NCBI GenBank assembly: GCA_965237675.1
Contig: OZ250150.1
Span: forward strand, 1,184,001 to 1,248,000
Direction: 5' to 3'
Length of the DNA: 64,000 nt
DNA from: Candidatus Latescibacterota bacterium
GTDB taxonomy: Bacteria > Latescibacterota > UBA2968 > GCA-2709665
Part shown: positions 8,592 to 18,611 of the stretch, piece after piece
Numbering within the stretch: position 1 is the first letter of the stretch
Layout: each line of letters starts with the position of its first letter
Notes under the pieces: generated by a model
Databases searched by the model: none
What the model saw: only the letters and a program-made list of their open reading frames with translations
What the model was told of the DNA's origin: nothing
Program-made: the position numbers and the translations under genes

Positions 8592-10274
8592 TCAACCCGT
8601 CCGTTCGATTATGACCGTGACGTGAAGTTGTGAGGCGTCGTGAGCCACGGGTACGGTCATGTTCGCGGTTAGCCCGTACCCCGCGTGCATATAGCGCGCC
8701 ATGTCCAGGTCCCAGGGACCGCTGTTGCCGGCGAGGGAAACGCGGTAACCGATGCCCTTCCAGCGCAGGACCAGGGTGCTGTCGTGTATACTGTATCTCA
8801 GTTCCTCCTTGCCGTCCCAGAGGAGGATGGGAATTGAGAAAACGGCCTGGTCGTCGTCCTTGAGGTCTGTGACACGGTACGTCAGCCGAATGCGTTCTTT
8901 CTTCAGATCGAGTTTAAGATTCAGCGCAAGTGGACCGGTCAGACTGTATTCATCGGTGGCAATCGCCTCCGCGTCGCCTTCCATGATGCGGTAGGCCCCG
9001 CCGGCGTCTTTGACGAGAATGCCGAAGTAGGGTTCCAGCAACGGATCGGCGTTGCCCGGATCGATGATCTGGCCATGGAAGGCATGTTTGACGCCGTCCC
9101 GTTTGGCGTCCGCAATGGGTTCGATCATCGGGTTATTGTCGAATTTGAGCGCAATCGGCTGGAGCGGCAGGTGATAGCCCCAGTCGTGATTGCGAAGGGC
9201 GAAAGCCAGCCGGGACTTCTCACCGTGCAGGATCGCGTACCCTGCTTCCGGATCGACCACGTCCCGAACGGGAGTGGCGGCGACCGTGTCGAACCCCGGC
9301 CACTTCTGGTCGACCAGGAGCGCCAGCAGCGCCCAGGCCACCAGGCCCGCTCCCAGGTCGGTGTTCAGACGATTATAGGTCCATTCCAGGCCCGCGAGGG
9401 CGTATGGCGACAGGTGGTTGGGCGAATGGGAGAAGACGTCATTTCCCGGATTGAAGGACTGGCAGAAGGCGAGCAGCGCACGGATTCTGTCGCTGGCCGC
9501 TTTACCTTCGCCCATGTACGAGAGAAGCGCGACCATGGGATACACGTACATCTGGTAGATACTCCGGCTGGCCAGGAATGGGAGATGGAATTGACCGTTG
9601 GCCCGTTTGAACCACGTACATAGGGTCTCGAGGAGCCGTTCCACCTGGCGCCGGTCGTCCTCGGACGCTGCGTAGACATCCGATTTGCTCTTGAGAAGGG
9701 CAGCGGCCAGGAAGGTGCCTGTGAGGTAGACGTGAGCAACGGAGTGCCCGTTCACATCGTCGTCACGGAGGAAACCCCCGGATGTGACGCGCCTGTTGAA
9801 CGCGGCGATGAATGCTTCGGATCGCTTCCGGGCTTTTTCCTCCCGCCCGCTGTCCAGTAGAAGGTCACACAGCAGAGAGGCGGCGGAGACATGACAGTCG
9901 GACAATCCGGCGTCTTCAGTATAGGAAGCGGCAAAGGCGGCTTCCCAGCCTTCCAGGATATCCCTGTCCAGGACGTCGGATAGAATGGGAAAAACCATCG
10001 CGCCGTATCCCATCACGTACTCTCGGAAACCGGGCGCGTTTCTTGCGCCTTCCATAATCTCGGCGGTGCGTTTCATCCATCGGTCGGTCCACTCGAGATA
10101 AACGTCGTCACCAGTGAGCCGGTAGAGCGATGCGCCAACGACTGCCCAGCACGCCGGCGCGAAGTTCTCCGGCCGATTGTTTTCATAGGCGTCGTTCAAG
10201 ACGCCGTTCTCGTCCGTCCACCGTACACCGAGGTCAAAGCCTTTCTTGAGGCAGGCGGTGATGTCATTCAACAT
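8592..10274 (-). CDS. Hypothetical protein (560 aa), helical N-part and beta-rich C-part
   Basis: Long ORF; start placed at ATG 10274 behind a GGAGG RBS; the track's upstream extension overlaps the next gene. Confidence 0.75.
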   Translation of the reverse strand: MLNDITACLKKGFDLGVRWTDENGVLNDAYENNRPENFAPACWAVVGASLYRLTGDDVYLEWTDRWMKRTAEIMEGARNAPGFREYVMGYGAMVFPILSDVLDRDILEGWEAAFAASYTEDAGLSDCHVSAASLLCDLLLDSGREEKARKRSEAFIAAFNRRVTSGGFLRDDDVNGHSVAHVYLTGTFLAAALLKSKSDVYAASEDDRRQVERLLETLCTWFKRANGQFHLPFLASRSIYQMYVYPMVALLSYMGEGKAASDRIRALLAFCQSFNPGNDVFSHSPNHLSPYALAGLEWTYNRLNTDLGAGLVAWALLALLVDQKWPGFDTVAATPVRDVVDPEAGYAILHGEKSRLAFALRNHDWGYHLPLQPIALKFDNNPMIEPIADAKRDGVKHAFHGQIIDPGNADPLLEPYFGILVKDAGGAYRIMEGDAEAIATDEYSLTGPLALNLKLDLKKERIRLTYRVTDLKDDDQAVFSIPILLWDGKEELRYSIHDSTLVLRWKGIGYRVSLAGNSGPWDLDMARYMHAGYGLTANMTVPVAHDASQLHVTVIIERTG

Positions 10275-10437
10275 TGATGGCTTCCTCCTGTCGTCGTGGT
10301 GTAGATGGTTTGCCGAAGCTTCGACCCATCCGTCGTACGACCTGTCGCATATTCTGTCTCCATATTCCCGTTCGATCCCCGATTGTGGGCTGCCGGAAAG
10401 ACGGCGACGCGCGTGCTTTTCCATCCACAATCGAGTC

Positions 10438-11382
10438 TCACCCCGCCAGACCGCTGTACCCCCGGTCGAGGTCGGGCAGGTCCGTGGATTTGCCGAGCGC
10501 CTCGGCCATGGCGCGGACATGGTACGGTAGGGCGCCGCAGCAGGATCCGATAAGCCCGATGCCCATGCGTCTGGCTTCGGCGGTATATTCGGCCATGGAA
10601 AATCGCGTGACAACGCGGGGCTCAACCTGCGTCCAGAGGTTGGCGACACTCAGGGGACGGTTGAAATTCTCGCCCGGTTCGAGTTCGTAACCCGTGGGCT
10701 GGGCGCAAAGAGGCACGGAGACGGCTTCCCTGACTTCGTACATCAGCGGACGCATCGTGGACCAGGGGCGCATGCAGTTGATGCCCACGACATCGGCGCC
10801 GGCGTCGACAATGCGTTTGGCAGCTTCGCCAGGACGGTAGCCTTCCCGTGTATATTCCCCGTCGCGATAGGTCAGGGTGACAACGGCGGGGATACCCGCC
10901 TGTTTGACAAAGGGAATAGCCAGGCTGACTTCATCCACGGAGTAAAAGGTTTCGACGATGAAGAGATCCACGCCCGCCGAGGTCTGTTGAGTGACACGGC
11001 GCTCGAAAAATTCACGGGCATTGGTCTTGTCTTCTTCAGTCATCGGATCCCATTTCGAGCGGCCTGAGTAGATGAAAGGGCTGAGGGTGCCGGCCACAAA
11101 ACGGTTCGGGCCGGCGGCCTCCCGCGCGAGTTCCACGGCCCTCGTGTGGAGTTCCTCTTCCCGTTCCATGGGGCGTACGCCCCAGACCATGGCCTGGAGG
11201 ACCTCGGCGCCCGCCCGCGCGAATTCTTTATGGAGTTCAAGTACGCCATCGGGGTAGTCGAGCACGCCCATGGGGATTTTTGAAGCATAGCTGCCAAGGC
11301 AACGGCGTTCGAATTCGAGATAGTAACCGCCATCGCACAGCAGGTGGTCTTCGGTGATCCGATCTAGAAAGTCAGACGGCAT
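10438..11382 (-). CDS. Homocysteine S-methyltransferase family protein (BHMT-like)
   Basis: CDGGYYLEFERR, LHKEFARAGA, ETF, GINC and GSCC zinc ligands; GAGGAG RBS. Confidence 0.9.
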   Translation of the reverse strand: MPSDFLDRITEDHLLCDGGYYLEFERRCLGSYASKIPMGVLDYPDGVLELHKEFARAGAEVLQAMVWGVRPMEREEELHTRAVELAREAAGPNRFVAGTLSPFIYSGRSKWDPMTEEDKTNAREFFERRVTQQTSAGVDLFIVETFYSVDEVSLAIPFVKQAGIPAVVTLTYRDGEYTREGYRPGEAAKRIVDAGADVVGINCMRPWSTMRPLMYEVREAVSVPLCAQPTGYELEPGENFNRPLSVANLWTQVEPRVVTRFSMAEYTAEARRMGIGLIGSCCGALPYHVRAMAEALGKSTDLPDLDRGYSGLAG

Positions 11383-11444
11383 GCGTGTCTCCTCAATTGG
11401 AGTTTTTGTGTGATTCCGACCGGCACAATATAACCGCCTGAATC

Positions 11445-13793
11445 CTATAGCTCTACCCTTTTGAATGCGTCTTCTGAACGTTCGGAGTAGGCGTTGCCGG
11501 TCCGTTCGAGGCGAATTTCAGTTTCGCCGTAAGCCAGGGAGGTGCCGGAGGCGAGACAGAGGGACTGGAGGGCCTCGTTTTTCAGCGTGACAACGGCCGC
11601 GCGTCCCTTCAGCGCGAGTCGGTCCACGCGCACCTCATCTTGCGCAAGGGTATACAAGAGGAGGAAGCGTTCGTCCTCCGTGGATATCCGGAGCGAGAGG
11701 GTATCGTCGGACAGGGTGTGGCATTGAACATCTATTGTGGGCAGGCGGTGTTTAAACGGCACGTGTACGGCGGCGAATATTGCGTCCGGACCGGGTCGGG
11801 AGACCTGGAGGTGGCCGCGGTACGGGAGGACGGCCCCCGGTTTCAGGGTGCCGCCCTCGGCATGCAGGTCCTCGATCACGTCCTCTTCAGGAGGACACTG
11901 GGAAACCGTAACCGTGGTGTCGCCGATACTTGGTATGATCGTCTGCAAACCGCCGCGAGCCATCGTCCAGGTGGCGGTAATATCACCAGACCCTCGCCCC
12001 GACCGGCCGGACCGCAGGGGTTCGGGGACGTCTGTGGGAACAAAGGCATCAACGCCGTCGACTTCGAGGTCTCCGGATCGCGCGTGCAACATCCATGTGT
12101 AGGACCCCAGATCTCCGGAAACGCGGAAGATGTCGGCGATTAGCGGTTCACCGGAATGGCGTGGCAGCAGCACAATAAGGCGCGCATTGGCCGGCGGCAG
12201 CCCCGCTTCCGCCAGCTTTGGACCGGGGGTGGTGCACCACAGCAGCGGTTTGCCGCCTTCTCCCTGTTCCGCGCATTCCAGGACGGTATTGTGGGAAAGG
12301 GGACCACGTTCCCACAGACGCGCCCATTCGGGATTCCAGTTGTATCCCATTTCGGTGACGAGTTCCTGGCCGCAGGACCACAGTCCGAAATTGAGGTAGT
12401 CTTTCTGTTTATGGGCGGCCGGGATATAGGGACCGTAGTCGATGAAGGCCATGGTCCGCGACGGCTTGTCTTTCCCGTGACGCAGAATCATCAGGCCGAT
12501 ATCGGACAGGTGGTCGCTCGCCACGGCGTAGGGTTCGCCGTCGCTTTCGGCGGCTGCATCCGGGTCTCTATAGAAGAGCGAGTATTCAGTGCCGCCGCTC
12601 AGGTCCGGACCCCAGACGGTCTTCAGGTGTCGAAGTGCTTTCCGGTTGTTGTAGGCGATATAGGCGACTTCTGAGCAGAAGGGTCGCAGCGGACTTCCGA
12701 CGTGCGAGTCGTTGATCGCCGGGTTGGTGTCGTTCGGGAAGGCGGCATCCAGAAACCAGGTATAACATTTCTCCAGAAGGGCGCATCGGGGGTTGGCGTA
12801 CACGTCGGTGTCCAGGTTGCCGCGGATGATTTCCGGTATACCCGTAATATTCTGAAGCAAACCCAGAGTGTAGTCGGCCGTACATTCGTAAAACGCGCCG
12901 TCCTGGAAGAAAACACCGGCCTCCGGCTTCAGCATGTCTTCGTATAGCGTGACTACGGATCGCAGGATTTCCCTGTCACCGGTTAGCGCGGCCGAGGCCG
13001 CGATGCACCACCATGCGCCTCCGTGATCCTGGATGGAGTAGTGGGAGAGATAGGGCGAAAGGGCATCGGAATATGAGTACCCTTTCAGGGTCGAGGTTCC
13101 CGGGTTGTTGAAGGATTCGACAAAATAGTCACGCACATATTCAACAAAGGCATCCATGGACCTGCGCTGTTCGTCATCAAGAACGACCGAGTCCCGTATG
13201 AGGTCATAGGCAATCAGCACTTTGCGCGCGCACCCGGCATCCCGCTGTTTCCAGCCGTCGATCTTCCCATAAAGGGGATCGTTCTGATCGTGCCAGACGT
13301 TTTTGTTCACCTGGTTGAGGCGATAGTTCTCGAAAACTTCCGCGAAGCGTTCGACAAGGATGGCGGCTATCTCGGCGTACCGCACGTCGCCTTCGATTCC
13401 GTAGACAAGACCGGCGCTTTCCAGGCCTCCCAGGATGTATTGCAGGCGATACGTGCGGACGACCGCCTGAATATTCCATGTTTCGGAGGTGTCTTCCGGA
13501 TCCCAGTCCCACGTCGCTTTGCAGTCTGTGCATAGAAGGGTGTCGCCGTGGTTGATCAGGCTGTAGGCGTACCAGGGGCCGCAGCCGCAGTTGGGGCAGA
13601 CAACGGTAACAAGTGGGGTCTTGTCGCTGATATAGGAACGCATGCGGTCCCGGTCCATCGCCAGGTAATATTCAGGATGGGACCTGATTTGCCCATAGAG
13701 TTTCTTCGCCCAGGCGTGGCGTTTAATATTCTCCCTGGCGCGGGCAAGGTCGTCGGGCTTGTACATCGTGCATGGATACCGAATGGCTGGCAT
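11445..13793 (-). CDS. Heparinase II/III-like polysaccharide lyase with N-terminal Cys cluster
   Basis: DGAFYECTADY, FPNDTNPAINDS, GLMILR, HKQKD and SHNTV motifs; CPNC...CTDC; start at ATG 13793 with GGAAGG RBS. Confidence 0.75.
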   Translation of the reverse strand: MPAIRYPCTMYKPDDLARARENIKRHAWAKKLYGQIRSHPEYYLAMDRDRMRSYISDKTPLVTVVCPNCGCGPWYAYSLINHGDTLLCTDCKATWDWDPEDTSETWNIQAVVRTYRLQYILGGLESAGLVYGIEGDVRYAEIAAILVERFAEVFENYRLNQVNKNVWHDQNDPLYGKIDGWKQRDAGCARKVLIAYDLIRDSVVLDDEQRRSMDAFVEYVRDYFVESFNNPGTSTLKGYSYSDALSPYLSHYSIQDHGGAWWCIAASAALTGDREILRSVVTLYEDMLKPEAGVFFQDGAFYECTADYTLGLLQNITGIPEIIRGNLDTDVYANPRCALLEKCYTWFLDAAFPNDTNPAINDSHVGSPLRPFCSEVAYIAYNNRKALRHLKTVWGPDLSGGTEYSLFYRDPDAAAESDGEPYAVASDHLSDIGLMILRHGKDKPSRTMAFIDYGPYIPAAHKQKDYLNFGLWSCGQELVTEMGYNWNPEWARLWERGPLSHNTVLECAEQGEGGKPLLWCTTPGPKLAEAGLPPANARLIVLLPRHSGEPLIADIFRVSGDLGSYTWMLHARSGDLEVDGVDAFVPTDVPEPLRSGRSGRGSGDITATWTMARGGLQTIIPSIGDTTVTVSQCPPEEDVIEDLHAEGGTLKPGAVLPYRGHLQVSRPGPDAIFAAVHVPFKHRLPTIDVQCHTLSDDTLSLRISTEDERFLLLYTLAQDEVRVDRLALKGRAAVVTLKNEALQSLCLASGTSLAYGETEIRLERTGNAYSERSEDAFKRVEL

Positions 13794-13843
13794 ATCAACC
13801 TTCCGTGGCGAATAAGTGTTCGTTTCGGGCAGCGGGCCACCGA

Positions 13844-15082
13844 TTAATCCAGGGAACGGAGCCTGAAGTTGCCCCACCAGGTTCGGAGGGGGTCCGGCGG
13901 ATTATCGAGGGTTCGGCCTTCGGCCTTCTGGATTGAAGTGAGGCGTGCCGTCCCGAGCAACCCGGGATGCAAAGAGATGGTGTCGATGCCCCGCGTCAAC
14001 CGGTTCTTCCTGCCCCATAGGCCGTGGATTTCGATTTCCGTCTCGCCCTGGTATTTCTGAGGGATGTCGTCGATCCAGATTCGTTGCTTATTGGTTTGCG
14101 CGTCCCACGCAATTTTGAACCGGTACGCCCGGTCGTTTTCTGGAACAACGGAATTGTCAAACGTGTTGAAACCGGGCGTCGGATGACCGGTGGCAATGGT
14201 CATTCGGTTTGTCAGGATACCCGTCTGGATCTTGCGAAAACACTTTATGGATCCGTCGTATTCACCCAGCAGGATGCAGGCTTCTGCGGAGACATCCGGG
14301 GACCTGACGTCGAATTCAAGCGTCCCCCTCGGGATGACGGGAAAGGTCGTCGTGACGAAACCGTACCGGGTGGCGAGTTCAAGCCATCGATTCTCAACGG
14401 GTCTGAGTCTGCTTTCGCAGACGTTGTCGTCCGGTTCGCCGTCCCGGGGAGGGGGGATGGGTTTCCAGTAGAGCGGGTAGGTTTCGTGATCGATCTGTTC
14501 GCCTCCGGCGAACTGTTTGACATGTTTCACGCGAATAAACCGGCCGATATCGATGCCGCCCGTCTGGAGTTCCAGTTTTGAAATCTCACGTACGGAATTC
14601 TGGAAAGGTACGGCGACGGGTTGTTCGCCGTCCAGAAGAAATGTGGCCGTCTGGTTTGCAAAATCGAATCCTTCGAATTTGTAGACGTGTTCATCGGATT
14701 CCACGACGTACCATTTGCGCCTGGAATGATCGCTGAAGGGGCAGTTGCCCTGGAATGTGAGAACCGCGCCGGAATCCACCAGTTCGTTCCTCCCCTGGAA
14801 TAGCAGGCGGCCGTCTCTCCGGATGTGACATGCAATGGCAAGACGGTCCGCGCTGTCGTAAAGGCGAATGGTGTATAGGGTGTGGTATTCCGGCTCGTCG
14901 AGAACGACCCGCATGGCCAGTTCAAGGGAACCCGCCCGGTTGGTGATCTTCTCGTTGAGGTAGCGGTAACATCGGACCGGCGCGTTGGAACCGTCCATTT
15001 TCAGGTAGCCGTCTTCGCCGAAAACGTAGTCCTGGTTCCCGTGGATATCGTGCCAGTTGAATGTCTGATGGATGTCGACCAT
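13844..15082 (-). CDS. Hypothetical beta-rich protein (possibly two ConA/LamG-like modules)
   Basis: Long ORF; GGGAGA RBS before ATG 15082; two segments containing G(S/T)LE(L/F) strands. Confidence 0.65.
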   Translation of the reverse strand: MVDIHQTFNWHDIHGNQDYVFGEDGYLKMDGSNAPVRCYRYLNEKITNRAGSLELAMRVVLDEPEYHTLYTIRLYDSADRLAIACHIRRDGRLLFQGRNELVDSGAVLTFQGNCPFSDHSRRKWYVVESDEHVYKFEGFDFANQTATFLLDGEQPVAVPFQNSVREISKLELQTGGIDIGRFIRVKHVKQFAGGEQIDHETYPLYWKPIPPPRDGEPDDNVCESRLRPVENRWLELATRYGFVTTTFPVIPRGTLEFDVRSPDVSAEACILLGEYDGSIKCFRKIQTGILTNRMTIATGHPTPGFNTFDNSVVPENDRAYRFKIAWDAQTNKQRIWIDDIPQKYQGETEIEIHGLWGRKNRLTRGIDTISLHPGLLGTARLTSIQKAEGRTLDNPPDPLRTWWGNFRLRSLD

Positions 15083-15249
15083 AACGATGTCTCCCGAACT
15101 CCTGGTAGTGAACACTGGCAAAGACAGCCGATGCCTGGAACCGCGTTCCGGCCGACGTTTGAGCGGCGCCCGGTTCGGCGCTCGTACCGCTTCGACTTGC
15201 AGTACGCCGTTTGCTCCGACCGACCGTACCGCTGACTGTCAGTGTAGGC

Positions 15250-15379
15250 TAATCACAGATTATCAGCCCGTTGGGGGCAAGCGCCTTCACCTGTTAATCA
15301 CAGCCCATTACCATCTCTCCATGGGGTTCATCAGGATTTAATCACAGTCCATCATCGTCCATCACAGCCCATCACAGTC
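15250..15379. repeat. Degenerate (ta)atcacag repeat tract
   Basis: taatcacag at 15250, 15295 and 15339; atcacag at 15361 and 15371. Confidence 0.6.
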
Positions 15380-15384
15380 GATGT

Positions 15385-17352
15385 TTAGTATCCGTGGATC
15401 GAGTGGCCGGCGCCGGGGAACCAGATGATGTCAACGACGAGCGAAAGCCCCACACCCGTCGTATAGCCCGCCAGTACGCCCAGAAAAAACGGGATGTAAC
15501 GTCGGTACAGGGCCGCGCCGCCGATGCGCAGGATGATGAATTTGATGCACCACGCGATGAACACTGAAAAGGTGGAAAAGTGGACATACGAAATGCCGGC
15601 AATGGCGAAACCCACCGGGTGTAGGGGCCACCACGGAAAGCGGTATTTCATGAAGGTAAGGACAGACATCAGGGCTGCACCGATGCCCAGCAGAATTGGG
15701 CGGATGCTGGTTTCAACGGCGGGATCCTTCATTTTTGAAAGCGCATTCGCGAAACCGCTTCGGCTGTACCGTGTGAACGGGAAGTCGTTGAAGTTATAGG
15801 CGCCGTGGGTGTATCCCAGGTAAAGGGTATAGGCGATGGATGCGACCACGCCTGCGGCAAACGCCAGGAAGATCGCCGTCAAGACGCGGGGCCGGTCTTC
15901 GCGCGGACACAGATCCGCGATTTTGGCGGCATGAACCACGGAGGGCATGAACAGGCCCTTGCCAAACGAGGTGAGGGCATTTGAAAAAGCCAGTACGGTG
16001 AGGCTCGGCCCGGAGAGATTTCGGGGGCCGATCAGTCGGGTGACGATTTCCTGCTGGCCTACCGGCGTGCAGACAAAGACCAGGCCGACCTCGGCCACGA
16101 TGCGGGAGACGCCAAGAAAGATGAGCAGGGTTGCCATAACGGAAAGACAGGCAACCCCGAACCCCATGCCGGCACGCCAGAACCAGAAGACGGCAAAGAG
16201 AGTGCTCAGGATGAAACCGAGCACGGCGGTGCGGTATCGCATCATTTCGTCGGCGTCGTCAAGGGGCGCACTGCGGCCAAGGGCGATTCTTATGACCGAT
16301 CTCAGGTGGTGTCGCGCGACCCACAATCCCCAAATGACGAGCGCGAAGAATCCGCCGAGCTGCAACCACGCAAACTCGCCCGATGTCGTATAGATGCTGC
16401 TCGCGTTGTAGCCGTATCGGTTGAGGACGCCGCTGCGCAGGATAAAGAGGACGCAGAAGAACCAGAGGCTGAAGAGAACGTCGATGTTGGCGAAATAAGC
16501 AAAGGAGATGGTGAACATGTTGATGCGGGTCCAGATGCCGGGGAAGTAACGCTCGAAAAGCACCCATGGTCCCCAGCGAATATTGGGAACCTGAGGAAAT
16601 CCGGGTACAAAGTAGTGGATCATGTTCCAGCTGATAATCCCCAGGGCAATGGCGAAACCGATCCAGAAACGCCTGGAAAAACCGGGCCCTTCGCGGTCTG
16701 TGAGATCCAGAACCGGCTTCAGGATCGGGTAACCGAGCCGTTCACTCTCCACCCATTGTTTTCGGAGTATGACCGACAGGCTTGTGGAGGCTACAAAGAG
16801 TGCCGTGATCAACGCCATCCAGGCTGCCATGGGGATGTACCAGACCTCCCAGGGAATGTCCATGCCGGGTGGGCCACCTTCAAACAGGTGGTCCAGCGCA
16901 TGGTTGACATTGCGAGGCGCCAGCCAGCGGGGAATATAGGGATGGAAGAACTCACCCCATTGGTTCTCCGGTGTGGCGAAATAGTACGGCGCGGCGATAG
17001 CGCCCAGAAAATAGCCCGTCAGACCCACCGAAGGGATGGCGCCGCCAACCAGGCCGCCAGCCAGGATAACCTTGAGTTCGGTGGGCGAGAGGGCGTATCT
17101 CGCGGCCAGTTTTCTACACAGTGGATTGAGGAGCAGGGCAAGGGTGAGGTAGACCATCAGCGAACCCATGGGAAAATGGCTGAGGGTCATGCGGGAGGCA
17201 TGGATAACGTATTCGACGTAGTTGACCCAGAGGCAGGCCGCGACGGAGACGAGAATGGCCAGAAAGATTGATCGGAGAGTGACGCCACGGCCCGCCGGGA
17301 TTGGCACGGACGAAGCCTGGGATGCGACGGGAGGATTGGACGTTGCGGGCAT
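15385..17352 (-). CDS. DUF6785/DUF6784-like polytopic membrane protein (putative transporter)
   Basis: Many TM segments; LRKQWVESERLGYP, WWPLHPVGF and GGAALYRRYIPFFLG family-type motifs. Confidence 0.8.
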   Translation of the reverse strand: MPATSNPPVASQASSVPIPAGRGVTLRSIFLAILVSVAACLWVNYVEYVIHASRMTLSHFPMGSLMVYLTLALLLNPLCRKLAARYALSPTELKVILAGGLVGGAIPSVGLTGYFLGAIAAPYYFATPENQWGEFFHPYIPRWLAPRNVNHALDHLFEGGPPGMDIPWEVWYIPMAAWMALITALFVASTSLSVILRKQWVESERLGYPILKPVLDLTDREGPGFSRRFWIGFAIALGIISWNMIHYFVPGFPQVPNIRWGPWVLFERYFPGIWTRINMFTISFAYFANIDVLFSLWFFCVLFILRSGVLNRYGYNASSIYTTSGEFAWLQLGGFFALVIWGLWVARHHLRSVIRIALGRSAPLDDADEMMRYRTAVLGFILSTLFAVFWFWRAGMGFGVACLSVMATLLIFLGVSRIVAEVGLVFVCTPVGQQEIVTRLIGPRNLSGPSLTVLAFSNALTSFGKGLFMPSVVHAAKIADLCPREDRPRVLTAIFLAFAAGVVASIAYTLYLGYTHGAYNFNDFPFTRYSRSGFANALSKMKDPAVETSIRPILLGIGAALMSVLTFMKYRFPWWPLHPVGFAIAGISYVHFSTFSVFIAWCIKFIILRIGGAALYRRYIPFFLGVLAGYTTGVGLSLVVDIIWFPGAGHSIHGY

Positions 17353-17369
17353 TGAAATGAACGGTAGTT

Positions 17370-18449
17370 TTATGCGGCGGGTGAATTGTAGAAGCGCGCG
17401 GGATCTTCCAGATCCCAGTCGCATTCGGACTTCAGGCGGGCGATGAGTTCAAGCCGGCCGTCCTCGTTCAGAAAGGGATTGCTCATGGCCGCACCCATGA
17501 GGGCTATGGAGGCGGGCCGTCTGCGGCTCTGTCGGGTATGGGGGACATCGGATTCGTGCCCCTGCCATTCTCTACCACCAAAGATGCGATAGTCAAAAAG
17601 GTATCCGGTCTTGCCCCGATCCGCCGACAGCCTGCACCATCGAAAGGTGCGTGCGACGCGTTCCTCGACGGAAAGGCCCGCGGGTGTGCCGTCCGGGAAC
17701 AGGAGGACACGACCCAGTTTGGCAAAGTGTTCGAGTCTGGAATCCGCGTCAAGCCAGTCGACGATGCTTGCTTCGTCGTCCGCGCCCCAGGCAAAGATGT
17801 GGCGGATGGATTCGGGCAGACACCGGAGATCCCTCGACATCTGCAGTTTACCGGGTCTATCGGGCGGCATACTCAGGTGCAGAAGGATTTCGGCGTCTGG
17901 CTTGAGGACGTGGATGCGTTCAACGAGAAAACCGATCACCAGAGCGTCCCACTGAAACGGACGAAGGGCCAGACACCGTTCGCAAACGCAGTTTCGGCCG
18001 ATTTCCCGCGCGGGCTCGATGTCGATGCCGCCCACGCCCGGCGCAAGGCGTTCGGCCAAAATGTCACCCATCCAGGCGCGAGATTCGGCGTCGTGGGGAC
18101 AGAGGGCGCTATCCGGACCCCTGGCGCCGCGCTTGAGCAGGTGCGGCGGCGCATCCGGTTCGGCCATGGTGTACTCGGAACCGCCTCCGCTGAACCCGTA
18201 AATGGCGCGTATGAGCTTGAGATCGACCGCACGGGCGTGTTTCACCGCCTCATGCCAGGCGTCGGAAAAGCCCCTGGCGTTGGTCCAGAACACCACGAGG
18301 CGATTGAGGCCGGACTCGGCAAGGTGGTCTATATAGGCGCGATTGACGGATATGTCCCGCGGATGATTTGAATATCCCTTGCGACAAAAGAGGTTCCACC
18401 CGCATTCAAGGGTACCGCGCAGGGCAAAGCCGCGTTCTGTTTGATACAT
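17370..18449 (-). CDS. Hypothetical protein, possibly a glycoside hydrolase-like barrel
   Basis: 359-aa ORF with FALRG start, LCPHD and CVCERC; upstream promoter. Confidence 0.65.
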   Translation of the reverse strand: MYQTERGFALRGTLECGWNLFCRKGYSNHPRDISVNRAYIDHLAESGLNRLVVFWTNARGFSDAWHEAVKHARAVDLKLIRAIYGFSGGGSEYTMAEPDAPPHLLKRGARGPDSALCPHDAESRAWMGDILAERLAPGVGGIDIEPAREIGRNCVCERCLALRPFQWDALVIGFLVERIHVLKPDAEILLHLSMPPDRPGKLQMSRDLRCLPESIRHIFAWGADDEASIVDWLDADSRLEHFAKLGRVLLFPDGTPAGLSVEERVARTFRWCRLSADRGKTGYLFDYRIFGGREWQGHESDVPHTRQSRRRPASIALMGAAMSNPFLNEDGRLELIARLKSECDWDLEDPARFYNSPAA

Positions 18450-18478
18450 GTGAATTCTCGCACAAGAGGGTCTCGTTC

Positions 18479-18506
18479 ATGATAAACGGGATTCGGCGGT
18501 TGTCAA
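18479..18506 (-). promoter_or_regulatory. Sigma70-type promoter for the minus-strand catabolic genes
   Basis: TTGACA-16 nt-TATCAT on the minus strand, 30 nt before ATG 18449. Confidence 0.6.
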
Positions 18507-18611
18507 CGATAGAACGGGATGGATGTACTTGCCAAACGGCATATTCAGGACTTTATTAGGGATCTGACGGGAACGGCGTCAGTGGCGTACCCTCGTAGAT
18601 GAAAGGTGTCT

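Noticed and set aside
10275-10649. N-terminal extension of the 685-aa ORF
   Set aside because: Overlaps the methyltransferase gene; a good RBS and ATG exist at 10274
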